Shown: positions 34,072 through 43,582 of the stretch, piece after piece
Numbering within the stretch: the first letter of the stretch is position 1
How the letters are laid out: the number at the start of each line of letters is the position of its first letter
NCBI GenBank assembly: GCA_046543335.1
Contig: JBKGZP010000002.1
Coordinates: 27,629 to 91,628 of the forward strand
DNA length: 64,000 nucleotides
Direction of reading: 5' to 3'
DNA from: Halobacteriales archaeon
GTDB lineage: Archaea > Halobacteriota > Halobacteria > Halobacteriales > SKSH01
Position numbers and translations under genes: made by a program
Notes under the pieces: generated by a model
Databases searched by the model: none
What the model was told of the DNA's origin: nothing
The model's input: only the letters and a program-made list of their open reading frames with translations

Positions 34072-35129
34072 CGGTCCACACCGTCGAGGGGATGATCGTC
34101 TCGGGCGTCGAGATGGAGCCGGTGCGCGGTCGACTCGTCGTCGAGGACGGCGCCGTCGAGGCCATCGAGCGCGAGCGGGTGGCCTCGGACGCGATCGTGG
34201 TCCCGGCGTTCGTCAACGCCCACGTCCACCTCGGCGACTCCGTGGCGAAGGACGCCGGCGCGGGTCTCACCCTGCGCGAGCTCGTCGCCCCGCCGGACGG
34301 GCTCAAGCACCGGCTCCTCCGCGCCGCCGGTGCCGCGGAACTCGAGGGCGCGATGCGCCGCACGTTGCGGTTCATGCGACGCGGTGGCACCGGCGCCTGC
34401 GCCGACTTTCGCGAGGGCGGCCCGGAGGGCGTCCGCCAGCTCCGGACGGCCGCGGACGGACTCGATATCGACGCCCTCGCGCTCGGTCGCGGCGATCCGA
34501 CCGTCCTCGAGGTGGCCGACGGCTACGGTGCGAGCGGAGCGGCCGACGACACCTTCGACACCGCCAGGCAGGCCGCCGCCGCGGCCGGCAAGCCCTTCGG
34601 CATCCACGCGGGTGAGGTCGACGCCGGCGACATCAACCCCGCACTCGACCTCGAGCCGGACTTCCTCGTGCACATGGTCCACGCCGAGGCGTTGCACCTC
34701 GACCGCGTCGAGGACGCGGGGACGCCCGTGGTTGTCTGCCCCCGGGCGAACGCCTCGACGGGCGTCGGCCGACCGCCAGTGCCGGCGCTCCTCGAGCGCA
34801 CGACCGTCGCGTTGGGCACGGACAACGTCATGCTCAACTCGCCGTCGATGTTCCGCGAGATGGCACAGACGGCGATCCAGTACGACATCGACGACGCCAC
34901 CGTGTTGCGCATGGCCACCGCGAACGGCGCCGCCGTGTTCGACCGCCCCGACGGCGCCCTCGAGCCCGGTCGCCCCGCGCGGTACCTCGTCATCGACGGC
35001 GGTGGCGACAACCTCGCGGGAACCGTCGATCCCGTCCGGGCGGTCGTCCGGCGAGCGGGCGTGGCCGACGTCACGTCCGTCGAGCTCCCCCCGATCCCGG
35101 GGTCGTCACGGGGGGCCTCCGTGTCGTAA
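34068..35129 (+). CDS. amidohydrolase-family protein (chlorohydrolase/deaminase-like)
   Basis: ATGA overlap with the HD gene. Contains FVNAHVHLGDS (HxH), HAGE, HMVH and GTDNVM. Confidence 0.8.
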   Translation: MTVHTVEGMIVSGVEMEPVRGRLVVEDGAVEAIERERVASDAIVVPAFVNAHVHLGDSVAKDAGAGLTLRELVAPPDGLKHRLLRAAGAAELEGAMRRTLRFMRRGGTGACADFREGGPEGVRQLRTAADGLDIDALALGRGDPTVLEVADGYGASGAADDTFDTARQAAAAAGKPFGIHAGEVDAGDINPALDLEPDFLVHMVHAEALHLDRVEDAGTPVVVCPRANASTGVGRPPVPALLERTTVALGTDNVMLNSPSMFREMAQTAIQYDIDDATVLRMATANGAAVFDRPDGALEPGRPARYLVIDGGGDNLAGTVDPVRAVVRRAGVADVTSVELPPIPGSSRGASVS

Positions 35130-36032
35130 CCGGCGACACCGTTCGGGTCGGATCGCGAGGGTCTCACCGTCGGTGTCGACCTCGAGCGCACCGTCAGCGG
35201 TCAGCCCGGTCGCGACCCCCCGGACGCGGCCGTCGGTGGTTTCGACCACCACGGCTCGACCGACGGTGTCGCACCGCCCTCGCCAGGCCGCGAGCGTCTC
35301 CTCGCGATCCCGCCGGTACCCTTCGAAGGCCCACGCGATGGCGGCCAGGATCGGCGCCCGGACCACCGGGCCGACGTGCGACTGCAGGCTCGTCGACCCG
35401 GTGGGGAGGTCCGCGGGCTCGACGTTCGCGTTCAGGCCGACGCCGGCGACCGTCCGGGTCCGTGTCGCTCCCACCGTCGTGGCACTGACGAGCACCCCCG
35501 CGAGCTTCCCTCCGTCGAGGGTCACGTCGTTCGGCCACTTGAGTCGGGCGTCGAGGCCGAGGCCGTCGACCACGTCGACGACGGCCATGGCGAGCGCGAG
35601 CCCCTCGACCCACCCCGTCGACGCGCGGTGGGGGTGGGCGTCACCGAAGCTGGCCCAGATGCCCCCCCTCGGCGCCCGCCACGACCGACCCTGGCGGCCC
35701 CGACCGGCCGTCTGGGCCTCGGCGACGACGAGGATCCGCTCGGCGCCCGCCTCGAGGCGGTCGGCTGCCAGCCGGTTGGTGCTATCGACCGTCTGACGCA
35801 GCTCGACCCGGTAGGCGGGCGGCACGAGCCCCTCGATGACCGCACCGCGGTACGCGAGTCCGTCGGCCAGCTCGACCGCGGGGGCATCGCCGCGCAGGCG
35901 GCCACGTTCGCGAAGCGATCGGACGGCCTCCTCGACGGCCGCACCGTCTGCACGGAGGCGCTCGGCGACGACCGCCACCGGTGCCGGTGCCGCGGCCACG
36001 GCGGCGAGCACCTGCGCGTCCAGCGCGTCCAT
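35106..36032 (-). CDS. birA: biotin--[acetyl-CoA-carboxylase] ligase with N-terminal wHTH
   Basis: AQTAGRGRQGRSWRAPRGGIWAS (GRGRxGRxW), KWPNDV. The 3' end overlaps the convergent amidohydrolase by 24 nt. Confidence 0.85.
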   Translation of the reverse strand: MDALDAQVLAAVAAAPAPVAVVAERLRADGAAVEEAVRSLRERGRLRGDAPAVELADGLAYRGAVIEGLVPPAYRVELRQTVDSTNRLAADRLEAGAERILVVAEAQTAGRGRQGRSWRAPRGGIWASFGDAHPHRASTGWVEGLALAMAVVDVVDGLGLDARLKWPNDVTLDGGKLAGVLVSATTVGATRTRTVAGVGLNANVEPADLPTGSTSLQSHVGPVVRAPILAAIAWAFEGYRRDREETLAAWRGRCDTVGRAVVVETTDGRVRGVATGLTADGALEVDTDGETLAIRPERCRRLRHGGPP

Positions 36033-36054
36033 GCCCGGTGGGGTGGGTCACCGG

Positions 36055-36064
36055 GCATAAATCG
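36055..36064 (-). promoter_or_regulatory. TATA box for birA
   Basis: The minus strand reads CGATTTATGC, centred about 27 nt upstream of the ATG at 36032. Confidence 0.45.
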
Positions 36065-36086
36065 GGCGGCTCCGGCGATGGTGAAG

Positions 36087-36096
36087 GCTTAACCCG
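36087..36096 (+). promoter_or_regulatory. TATA-like box for tyrS
   Basis: GGCTTAACCC centred about 35 nt upstream of the ATG at 36126, divergent from the birA box. Confidence 0.4.
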
Positions 36097-36125
36097 GCAC
36101 CCACGCGTACGGGCGGACAGCAGCC

Positions 36126-37142
36126 ATGGACGCGTCGGCGCTGGTCACCCGGCTCACGGAGGAAATCGTCACCGAATCGGAGCTCGAGGCGGTCCTCTCG
36201 AAGCCCGACCCATCGGTCTACATCGGGTACGCACCCACGGGTCAGATGCACATCGGGCACTACACGACCATCCGCAAGCTCGTCGACTTCCTGGAGGCGG
36301 GGCTGGAGGTGACCGTCCTGGTGGCCGACCTCCACGCCCACCTCGACGACGAGAAGACGCCGTACGACCTCCTCGACGAGCGGTCACGGTACTACCGGGA
36401 GGCGATCGAGCAGATGGTCGCCGCGGCCGGTGGCGACGCGGAAGCGATCCGCTTCGTCCGTGGCACCGACTTCGAGCTCGATCGGGAGTACGTCCTCTCG
36501 CTACTGCGCATGGCCACCACGACGACCGTACGTCGCGCCCGTCGCGCCGGCAGCGAGGTGGTCAGGGAGAGCGATAGCCCGAAGCTCGGCAGCCTCATCT
36601 ACCCCCTGATGCAGTCGAACGACGTCGAGCACCTCGAGGTCGACATCGCCTACGGTGGCATCGACCAGCGAGGGATCTACATGCTCTCGCGGGAGGTGCT
36701 ACCCGAGCACGGCGGATCGAAGCCGGTGTGCATCTTCGCCCCCCTGCTGTCCGGCCTGACCGGTGAGAAGATGAGCGCCTCCGAGGCCGAGACCTCGATC
36801 CGCATCACCGACGATCCGGCGGCGATCCACGAGAAGCTCGCCGGGGCCTACTGTCCGGCGGGCGAGCTCGAGAGCAACGGCGTGATGGAGTACCTTCGCT
36901 ACCTGATCTTTCCCATCCTCGCGGAGGAGGACCGACCGTTCGTCGTCGACCGCCCGGAGCGCTTCGGTGGTCCCCTCGAGTACGCGAGCTACGAGGCCGC
37001 CGAGGCGGACTTCGTCGACGGCGAGTTGCACCCACAGGACCTGAAGCAGGCCGTCGGCGACGAGCTCGAGCGCACCCTCGCGCCCATCCGGGCGCACTTC
37101 GAGGCCAACCCGGCGATCATCTCGTCGGCATACCCCGACTGA
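36126..37142 (+). CDS. tyrS: tyrosine--tRNA ligase (archaeal type)
   Basis: GYAPTGQMHIGH (HIGH) and KMSASE (KMSKS). Confidence 0.92.
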   Translation: MDASALVTRLTEEIVTESELEAVLSKPDPSVYIGYAPTGQMHIGHYTTIRKLVDFLEAGLEVTVLVADLHAHLDDEKTPYDLLDERSRYYREAIEQMVAAAGGDAEAIRFVRGTDFELDREYVLSLLRMATTTTVRRARRAGSEVVRESDSPKLGSLIYPLMQSNDVEHLEVDIAYGGIDQRGIYMLSREVLPEHGGSKPVCIFAPLLSGLTGEKMSASEAETSIRITDDPAAIHEKLAGAYCPAGELESNGVMEYLRYLIFPILAEEDRPFVVDRPERFGGPLEYASYEAAEADFVDGELHPQDLKQAVGDELERTLAPIRAHFEANPAIISSAYPD

Positions 37143-37210
37143 GAACCCGTTCCCCTCAATTTAAGAGGGGGAACCGTGTTGGGTGTATCCGAGAAGGCCC
37201 ATGGAACACG

Positions 37211-37798
37211 ATGGGGTGGGCGACCGTGAGTGATGCTGGCACCGTCCTCGTGGTCGACGACGAGACCCTCCTCGCCGACCTATTCGCCTCCTGGCTCGAG
37301 TCGGACTGGGACGTGCGGGTGGCGTACGACGGCGAGTCGGCGCTCGAGGCGCTCGACGAGTCGGTCTCGGTGGTCCTCCTGGACCGCCGGATGCCGGGGC
37401 TGTCCGGCGACGAGGTCCTCCACCGGATCCGCGACGCCGGCTACGACTGTCGAGTGGTGATGGTGACGGCCGTCGATCCGGACTTCGACATCGTGGAGAT
37501 GGGCTTCGACGACTACATCGTGAAGCCGATCTCCAAGGAGGACCTCCAGGGCACGGTCGCAACCGTGGCCGACCGGGCCGAGTACGACGCGGACATCCAG
37601 GAGTTGTACGCGCTGGCCTCGAAGAAGGCCCTCCTCGAGGCGGAGAAGTCCGACCGCGACCTACGCGAGAGCGAGGAGTACGAGAAGCTCAACCGCCGAT
37701 TCACGGAGCTCCGGCAGAAGGTGGACGAGCTCCGCGAGGACCTCTTCGAGGGTCACGACGACTTCGTGGGCGCCTTCGAGCGCCTCGAGGACGGCTGA
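37211..37798 (+). CDS. response regulator, receiver + HalX domain
   Basis: VLVVDDE...LLDRRMPGLSGDEV...VTA...KP receiver pattern, followed by a C-terminal coiled-coil typical of HalX. The start is uncertain (ATG 37211 or downstream GTG). No kinase gene is adjacent. Confidence 0.8.
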   Translation: MGWATVSDAGTVLVVDDETLLADLFASWLESDWDVRVAYDGESALEALDESVSVVLLDRRMPGLSGDEVLHRIRDAGYDCRVVMVTAVDPDFDIVEMGFDDYIVKPISKEDLQGTVATVADRAEYDADIQELYALASKKALLEAEKSDRDLRESEEYEKLNRRFTELRQKVDELREDLFEGHDDFVGAFERLEDG

Positions 37799-37811
37799 GC
37801 GACCGACGACC

Positions 37812-38537
37812 TCACCGGGTCTGCCACTCGTCTTTGTCGCTGATCACCCGCGTCTCGGCCTCGCCCTCGGACACCTCGTTGACGCGATCGTAGAACTCCG
37901 GCTGCATCCCGGCGGGGAACGTGATGATCCCGATCCAGGAGCCGTCTGGCTGCCACTCCTCGTCCTCGAGCTCGCCGAACTCCCGCAGGCGCGCCTGGGC
38001 CGACCCCGCGTGGGCCGCGGGGACCTGCACGGCCACGGTCATCTCGTCGAAGCGGATCGGGATGACGGGTCGGAGCGCGTCGAGCGCCTCGTCGATCTGG
38101 GTCTCGACGGACTCCATGGGGTCGATGCGAAAGCCCGCCTCCTCGAGCGCCTGCTCGATCCGCTCGGGGGGGTGGGGCGCGTCGTCCATCTGCGGGTTGA
38201 CGGCGTTGCGGCTGATGTGGGTGATCAGCTGGCGGCGCTTTCGCTCTTGCATCTCGCGGCGCTGCTCGGCCGTGATCTGGATCTCCCCCCGTCGGATGAG
38301 CTCCGGGATGATCTCGAGGGGGTCGGTCGTCCCGAAGACCTCCTCGAGGTCGTCCTCGCTGGGCCGGTCGCCGCGGCTCGCGTCCTCGAAGACGTCCTCC
38401 GCGGCGATCACGTCCTCGAGAGATCCCTCGAACTCGTCCCGGCGGATCGCCAGGGCGGCGTCGGGGTCGACGAGCGCTTCGAACCGGGCCCCGTGGGACT
38501 CGAGCCGGGCGACGACGGCCTCGTCGAGGGATATCAT
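37812..38537 (-). CDS. SBDS-family ribosome maturation protein
   Basis: [29 protein letters not shown]..., three-domain length. GGTTTTATGAG lies about 30 nt upstream. Confidence 0.9.
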   Translation of the reverse strand: MISLDEAVVARLESHGARFEALVDPDAALAIRRDEFEGSLEDVIAAEDVFEDASRGDRPSEDDLEEVFGTTDPLEIIPELIRRGEIQITAEQRREMQERKRRQLITHISRNAVNPQMDDAPHPPERIEQALEEAGFRIDPMESVETQIDEALDALRPVIPIRFDEMTVAVQVPAAHAGSAQARLREFGELEDEEWQPDGSWIGIITFPAGMQPEFYDRVNEVSEGEAETRVISDKDEWQTR

Positions 38538-38561
38538 GCGCTTGTCGGATGGACCAGGGCC

Positions 38562-38572
38562 CTCATAAAACC
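38562..38572 (-). promoter_or_regulatory. TATA box for SBDS gene
   Basis: The minus strand reads GGTTTTATGAG, about 30 nt upstream of the ATG at 38537 and inside the psmA-SBDS spacer. Confidence 0.45.
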
Positions 38573-38582
38573 GCCCGCCGCG

Positions 38583-39332
38583 TCACTCGGGCGCGTAGTC
38601 CGGATCGAGGATGTCCTCCGCCTGGATGTACTCGAGGATCTCCTCGTCGGTGAGGCGGATGAACCGACTCGACTCGACGTCGACCGTGGCGAGCCCGACG
38701 TCGAGGGGCGTTATCGACCCGTCGTTGATGCGCGCCAGCGCCCGAAGCCCGAGGCCGATGCCCGCGCCCAGGTCCATCCCCTCGTCGTAGACGTCCTCGA
38801 GGAAGTCCTGCAAGTCGGCGCGGTCGGCGCCGATGGCCAGCGCCTTCCACTCGTAGGGCGTCCCGGAGGGGTCGGTCTCGTACAGTCGGGGGCGACCCCC
38901 CTCGACGCCGCCGATGATGAGCGAGACGCCGAACGGTCGAGCCCCGCCCACCTGGGTGTACTGCTGGATGTAGTCCGTGACGTACTTCGTGAGCGTCTCG
39001 ACCCCGATCGGCTCGTCGTACCGGTACCGGTTCAGCTGGGCCTGCTGGCGGGCGTAGTCGACGAGCTGGCGCGCGTCCGCGACGTGGCCGGCGCTGGCGA
39101 TGCCGATGTGCTTGTCCGCCTTGTGGATCTTCTCGACGCTCTCGCGCTCCATCAGCGGCGAGCGGATTCGCTTGTCGACGGCGAGGACGATCCCCTCGGC
39201 CGTGCGGATGCCGATGCTGGCCGTCCCCCGCTTGACCGCCTCTCTCGCGTACTCGACCTGGTACAACCGACCGTCGGGGGAGAAGATCGTGATCCCACGA
39301 TCGTACGCCTGTTGTTGGGCTTGTCCCTGCAT
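38583..39332 (-). CDS. psmA: 20S proteasome subunit alpha
   Basis: YDRGITIFSPDGRLYQVEYAREAVKRG. Confidence 0.95.
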   Translation of the reverse strand: MQGQAQQQAYDRGITIFSPDGRLYQVEYAREAVKRGTASIGIRTAEGIVLAVDKRIRSPLMERESVEKIHKADKHIGIASAGHVADARQLVDYARQQAQLNRYRYDEPIGVETLTKYVTDYIQQYTQVGGARPFGVSLIIGGVEGGRPRLYETDPSGTPYEWKALAIGADRADLQDFLEDVYDEGMDLGAGIGLGLRALARINDGSITPLDVGLATVDVESSRFIRLTDEEILEYIQAEDILDPDYAPE

Positions 39333-39336
39333 GGTT

Positions 39337-39816
39337 TCAAGTTATGTCCAGCGTTGTGGCGCCGATCGGCGTGGTCCCGCGCTCGAGGTCGACCGCCTCG
39401 CCGCGCAGGGTTGCCTCAGACTCCACGCCGTCGAACGTGACAATGTCGTGAACTGCGGGTTCCCTCGCGGTTCCTAAATAGTTTTCCTCGCACGCCCGGA
39501 TGGTCCCGCTGACCCCCCGGATGGCGAGGCCGACCGGGCGCCCGTCCGCGCGCGCCACCGTCGCGATCACCGCGCGGGCCTCCTCGACGGCGTCGCGGGC
39601 GACGCGGACGATCGCCTCGCCGTGGGTTGCAGCCACGCGGTACCGCAGCACCTCGAGACCGACCCGAGCGCTACCGACGTCGCCGAGGAGGTCGCGTAGC
39701 GCCCGCCAGAGGGCCTCCTGGACGGCATCGCGGTCGGGGAGCTCGCCGGGTGGCCCCTCGATCCCCAGGGCGAGGTAGCGCCATCGCGGGCGGAGGTGCT
39801 TCGGCCAGGTGGCCAT
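39337..39816 (-). CDS. rnp2: RNase P protein component 2 (Pop5/Rpp14)
   Basis: MATWPKHLRPRWRYLALGIEG...IRGVSGTIRACEE. GTAAAAGG lies about 27 nt upstream. The rest of track ORF 39337..40557 is spurious. Confidence 0.8.
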   Translation of the reverse strand: MATWPKHLRPRWRYLALGIEGPPGELPDRDAVQEALWRALRDLLGDVGSARVGLEVLRYRVAATHGEAIVRVARDAVEEARAVIATVARADGRPVGLAIRGVSGTIRACEENYLGTAREPAVHDIVTFDGVESEATLRGEAVDLERGTTPIGATTLDIT

Positions 39817-39872
39817 CGAGGGCTCGTACTGGCTCCGCCCTTTTACGCGTCGCGCTTGCCACCCGAGGTGGG

Positions 39873-40544
39873 CTAGGGCGATTCGCCACCGGTGCGGTTT
39901 CGCTCGGCCAGGGTCCCCCACCGGGCGAGCCCACGGTCGACCGCCTCCCGGGGGACGCCGACCACGCCGCCCAGCGCCCGGAGCTGACGGGGGCCTCGGA
40001 TGGCCAGGTGCGACGTCGGCCTGGCCGAGACGACGTAGTCGACGCCGGCGTGGTCCACCACGCGCCATAGGGCGCGAAGCCGCTGCAGGTACCACACGCG
40101 GCGGCCGCCGGCGTCGCGGAGCGGGCCGAGCGGAATCTCCACGGCGACGTCGTTGTCGGCGGCGGTTCGCGCCGTCCCGGGCTCGAAGAACGGCCCGCCG
40201 GGGGTGATCGGCCGGGCGAGGACGTCGACGTGTGGCTGGGCGGCGACGAAGCGGTTGATCCGGGTGGTCCCGCCGGCGACGCCGACGAGCGGGTGCTCCT
40301 CTCTGAGCCCCGGGAGCATTCCGCTGGCGTCGTCCGGCACGTCGGGGTCCAGCTCGACCCCGGGAACGACGTCGAGGCCGTACCGCTCGGCGACCGCCGA
40401 TATCGCGGGCCGCTCCGGCAGCTCCCTGACGTCTCGCACGACGACCCCCCCGTAGCCCGCATCGGCCGCCGTCGCGACCAGGCGTGCGACCGTCGAGGTT
40501 CCCTCGGGGTAGGCCACCACCGCTTCGTACGAAGCCGGCGTCAT
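39873..40544 (-). CDS. rnp3: RNase P protein component 3 (Rpp30, PHP-like fold)
   Basis: YEAVVAYPEG...VVPGVELD...NRFVAAQPHVDVLARP...VAVEIPLGPL. Its position upstream of rnp2-psmA matches the conserved archaeal superoperon. Confidence 0.8.
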   Translation of the reverse strand: MTPASYEAVVAYPEGTSTVARLVATAADAGYGGVVVRDVRELPERPAISAVAERYGLDVVPGVELDPDVPDDASGMLPGLREEHPLVGVAGGTTRINRFVAAQPHVDVLARPITPGGPFFEPGTARTAADNDVAVEIPLGPLRDAGGRRVWYLQRLRALWRVVDHAGVDYVVSARPTSHLAIRGPRQLRALGGVVGVPREAVDRGLARWGTLAERNRTGGESP

Positions 40545-40546
40545 GG

Positions 40547-40999
40547 CTAGAGGGCACCCTCGGCGACGTAGGCCCGGAGGTTCTCGATGGCGGCGGCGGG
40601 CTTGGCGGGGTAGGCCTCGAGCTTGAATCGGAGCTCGATGCCGGCGCCGAGGACCGCCTCGCCGTCTGCGTAGGCCCGCTGCTTGTCCAGGCGGACGAAG
40701 AGCTCGCAGTCGTCCGTCACGCGCGACTCGAGATCGTCGAGGACGCGCTCGAGGGCGCTCGACGCCCCGAGGGTGGCGAGCAACCCCGCGATCGCCTCGC
40801 CGTCCTCGAGGGTGACCTCGTAGACGTCGATGGGGTGACCGTAGTGTCCCTCGGTGGTCGTCACGCGCACCTCGGCGCCCGCGTCGTCCGCGGCGAGCGC
40901 CGGGGCGATCGCCTCGAGCGCGGCCTCGACGCGCGCGGGCACTTCCGTCGCGTAGCGAAAGGTCCTGACGTCGACGCGGTGCACCGGAGGGTCGGCCAT
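40547..40999 (-). CDS. DUF54/COG1325 RNA-binding protein (so-called predicted exosome subunit)
   Basis: VDVRTFRYATEVPARVEAALEAIAP...TTTEGHYGHPIDVYEVTL (hATED..kV..AL pattern). It ends 3 nt before the rnp3 start. Confidence 0.65.
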   Translation of the reverse strand: MADPPVHRVDVRTFRYATEVPARVEAALEAIAPALAADDAGAEVRVTTTEGHYGHPIDVYEVTLEDGEAIAGLLATLGASSALERVLDDLESRVTDDCELFVRLDKQRAYADGEAVLGAGIELRFKLEAYPAKPAAAIENLRAYVAEGAL

Positions 41000-41016
41000 G
41001 GGCCGCCTGGCGCGGG

Positions 41017-41211
41017 CTACTCCTCCGACTCCTCGGGGGCCGGCTCGAGGAGGTCCGCCGGCACCCCCGTCTCCTGGCCGTCGTCGAAACTCACGGTGTA
41101 CGTTTCGTCCCCGAACATCGTCTCGACGACCTGCGTGATCGACCCGGTCTCGCCGTCGTGCTCGCTGTGTTGGTCCCGGAGGATCACGCTGTCGCCCTCC
41201 TCGAAGCTCAT
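41017..41211 (-). CDS. small acidic protein (64 aa), unknown function
   Basis: MSFEEGDSVILRDQHSEHDGETGSITQVVETMFGDETYTVSFDDGQETGVP. CCTTTTCATC lies about 25 nt upstream of the ATG at 41211. The track start at 41301 is unlikely. Confidence 0.55.
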   Translation of the reverse strand: MSFEEGDSVILRDQHSEHDGETGSITQVVETMFGDETYTVSFDDGQETGVPADLLEPAPEESEE

Positions 41212-41299
41212 GGCGGGCGTTTCACGGGGTGCGATGAAAAGGACCGCGATTCGACCCCCCGCAAACAGGCGTATATGCCCGGCCACCGATCGGCCCGAC

Positions 41300-42094
41300 A
41301 TGGTCGGTCTCGTGACGCGTCGGCGCGAGCACCTCGGCGACGACCGGTTCGACGTCGTCTTCTACGAGGTGAAGGACGTCACCGGTCGACGGGTCGACCC
41401 CGAGGCGTCGGCCGTCAACATGGTCTCCTGTCACGGCGACAGCGCCCGGGCCGACGACCCCGCGTACGTGGCAGTCGACGACGAGGGACGCCCCGCCACC
41501 CGCGATCGACGGTACTTCGACTGGGGGTACGTCTGCCCGACGCACCCCGAGTACCGCGAGGGGTTGCTCGAGCTGGTCGACCGCTGCGTGGCCGTCGCCC
41601 CGGACGTCCGCCTCGACGACGTGGGCTTCCCCCGGCAGGAGTACTGCCACTGCGAGCGCTGCGACCGACACTTCGCCGAGAGCGGGTTCGCGGACCGACG
41701 CGCGTGGCGCGCCGACGTCGTCTCCGCCGTCGTCACCGACGCGCGCGAGCGCGTCCCGGGGCGCCTCTACCTGACGCTGTACCCCGACCCCATGCCCGGA
41801 CACCTCCGCGCCCGAAGCGGCCTCGACCTCGAGCGCCTCGAAGCCCTGGTCGACACCTTCGTCGTCCCCATCTACGACCTGGCCTACACGACGACCTACT
41901 GGCTCGAGGTGCTCGCCTCGGGCTTCGCCGACCGGCTGCGATCGCCGTTCATCGTCGAGCTGTACGGGCCGGAGGTCGACCCGGACCGGCTGCGCCACGC
42001 GATGGCCGTCGCGAACGCCTACGCCACGGGGGTCGCCGTGGCGTACGACGACGATCGCGCCGTGGAGGCCGTCGAGGCGGGCTGGCTCGAGTGA
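41300..42094 (+). CDS. hypothetical protein with CxC-x2-C motif (possible glycoside-hydrolase-like TIM barrel)
   Basis: 264 aa from MVGLVTRRREHL, with CPTHPEYREGLLELV...LDDVGFPRQEYCHCERCDRHF. GTATATGC lies about 30 nt upstream. The upstream part of track ORF 40484..42094 is spurious. Confidence 0.6.
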   Translation: MVGLVTRRREHLGDDRFDVVFYEVKDVTGRRVDPEASAVNMVSCHGDSARADDPAYVAVDDEGRPATRDRRYFDWGYVCPTHPEYREGLLELVDRCVAVAPDVRLDDVGFPRQEYCHCERCDRHFAESGFADRRAWRADVVSAVVTDARERVPGRLYLTLYPDPMPGHLRARSGLDLERLEALVDTFVVPIYDLAYTTTYWLEVLASGFADRLRSPFIVELYGPEVDPDRLRHAMAVANAYATGVAVAYDDDRAVEAVEAGWLE

Positions 42095-42559
42095 TCACCG
42101 CCGCGGGTTGAGGTGGTCGGCGATCTCCTCGCGGACGATGGCCCCGCAGTAGCGACAGCGCACCCCGTCCTCGAGCACGTCGAACTGGCTCTCGATCGGC
42201 TCGTCGGTCGCGGTGATGCAGTTGCGGTTCGGACAGGCGAGGATCCCCCGGACGGCGCGCGGGCGATCCACGCGTCGCTTGTCGACGACCTCGAAGTCGC
42301 GCACGATGTTGACGGTGGCCCGAGGCGCGATCAGCGACAGCACGTCGAGCTCCTCCTGGCTGAGCTCTCGACCCTCGATCTTGAGGATGTCCTTGCGCCC
42401 GAGGCGCTCGCTCGGCACGTTCATCGCGATGCTGAGCACGGTTCCCGCCGAGCCGTCGATGCCGAGGATGTCGAGCACGTTCAGCGCCTGGCCACCCGTG
42501 ACGTGGTCGACGACGGTCCCGTCGCGGATCTTGCTCACGCGAAGCTCGCGCTCGCTCAT
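42095..42559 (-). CDS. pyrI: aspartate carbamoyltransferase regulatory subunit
   Basis: [14 protein letters not shown], and Zn site CPNRNCI...CRYCG. It overlaps pyrB by 4 nt. Confidence 0.9.
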   Translation of the reverse strand: MSERELRVSKIRDGTVVDHVTGGQALNVLDILGIDGSAGTVLSIAMNVPSERLGRKDILKIEGRELSQEELDVLSLIAPRATVNIVRDFEVVDKRRVDRPRAVRGILACPNRNCITATDEPIESQFDVLEDGVRCRYCGAIVREEIADHLNPRR

Positions 42560-43458
42560 CGGCCCACCCCCAGGAGGTCCAACAGCGCCATGCGGACGGG
42601 CACCCCGTTGTGCGCCTGCTCGAAGTAGACGGCGTGGGGGGTGTCGTCGAGGGCGGGGTCGATCTCGTCGACCCGCGGGAGCGGGTGCATGACGACCAGG
42701 TCGTCGCGCGCGGCGGTCAGGGTCGCCGGGGAGATGCGGTACTGGCCGGCGACCGCGTGGTACTCGGTCTCGTCGGGGAAGCGCTCGCGCTGGATGCGCG
42801 TCACGTACAACACGTCCAGCTCGGGGAGCACGGGCTCGACGTCGGCGTGTTCCTTCACCGCGGCTCCTGCCCGATGGAGGTCGAAGCGCACCTCCCGGGG
42901 TAGCTGCAGGCTCTCCGGGCTGATGAAGTGCTGTTCGACGTCGAACTTCGCGAGGGCGGTCGCGAGCGAGTGCACCGTCCGCCCGTACTTCAGGTCACCC
43001 AGGATGCCGATGGTCAGTCCATCCAGGTGGGCGTGCTTGCGAATGGTGTACAGATCGAGCAGGGTCTGGCTCGGGTGGTGCCCGGCGCCGTCGCCGGCGT
43101 TGATGAGGGGAACGTCGACGAAGTCGCTGGCCATGCGCGCGGCCCCCTCGCGGGGGTGGCGCAGGACGAGGCCGTCCGCGTAGCCGGCGAGGACGCGTAG
43201 TGAGTCCGCGAGGGACTCCCCCTTCGAGACGCTCGAGCTCTCGACGCCGCCGAGGTCGACGACGTCGCCGCCGAGGCGCTTGGCGGCCGCCTCGAAGCTG
43301 AGGCGGGTCCTGGTGCTCGGCTCGAAGAACAGCAGCCCCAGGATGAACGAGCGGTCCGCCGACGCCTCGCCGGCGTCGAACGCCTCTGCCCGGTCGAGGA
43401 CCGCCTCGATCTCCTCCCGGTCGAGCTCGGTTGTCGTGACGAGGTCGGTGCACTCCAT
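42556..43458 (-). CDS. pyrB: aspartate carbamoyltransferase catalytic subunit
   Basis: [22 protein letters not shown]. Confidence 0.95.
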   Translation of the reverse strand: MECTDLVTTTELDREEIEAVLDRAEAFDAGEASADRSFILGLLFFEPSTRTRLSFEAAAKRLGGDVVDLGGVESSSVSKGESLADSLRVLAGYADGLVLRHPREGAARMASDFVDVPLINAGDGAGHHPSQTLLDLYTIRKHAHLDGLTIGILGDLKYGRTVHSLATALAKFDVEQHFISPESLQLPREVRFDLHRAGAAVKEHADVEPVLPELDVLYVTRIQRERFPDETEYHAVAGQYRISPATLTAARDDLVVMHPLPRVDEIDPALDDTPHAVYFEQAHNGVPVRMALLDLLGVGR

Positions 43459-43582
43459 CGGTGAAGCGCGCGCGCCAGGCCATCAAAAAACCCCGTCTGC
43501 CACCGCCGCCCGTCGGCTATCACTGACTGCTAGTGCGGGACAAGCGTTAAGTACGGGTTGTAACATACCGTGACAACGCCAG

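Noticed and set aside
37201-37233. 10-codon ORF (MEHDGVGDRE) starting 10 nt before the response-regulator ATG and overlapping it out of frame
   Set aside because: It could be a uORF, but it is just as likely that the transcript start lies downstream, or that the regulator starts at a nearby GTG. There is no independent support.
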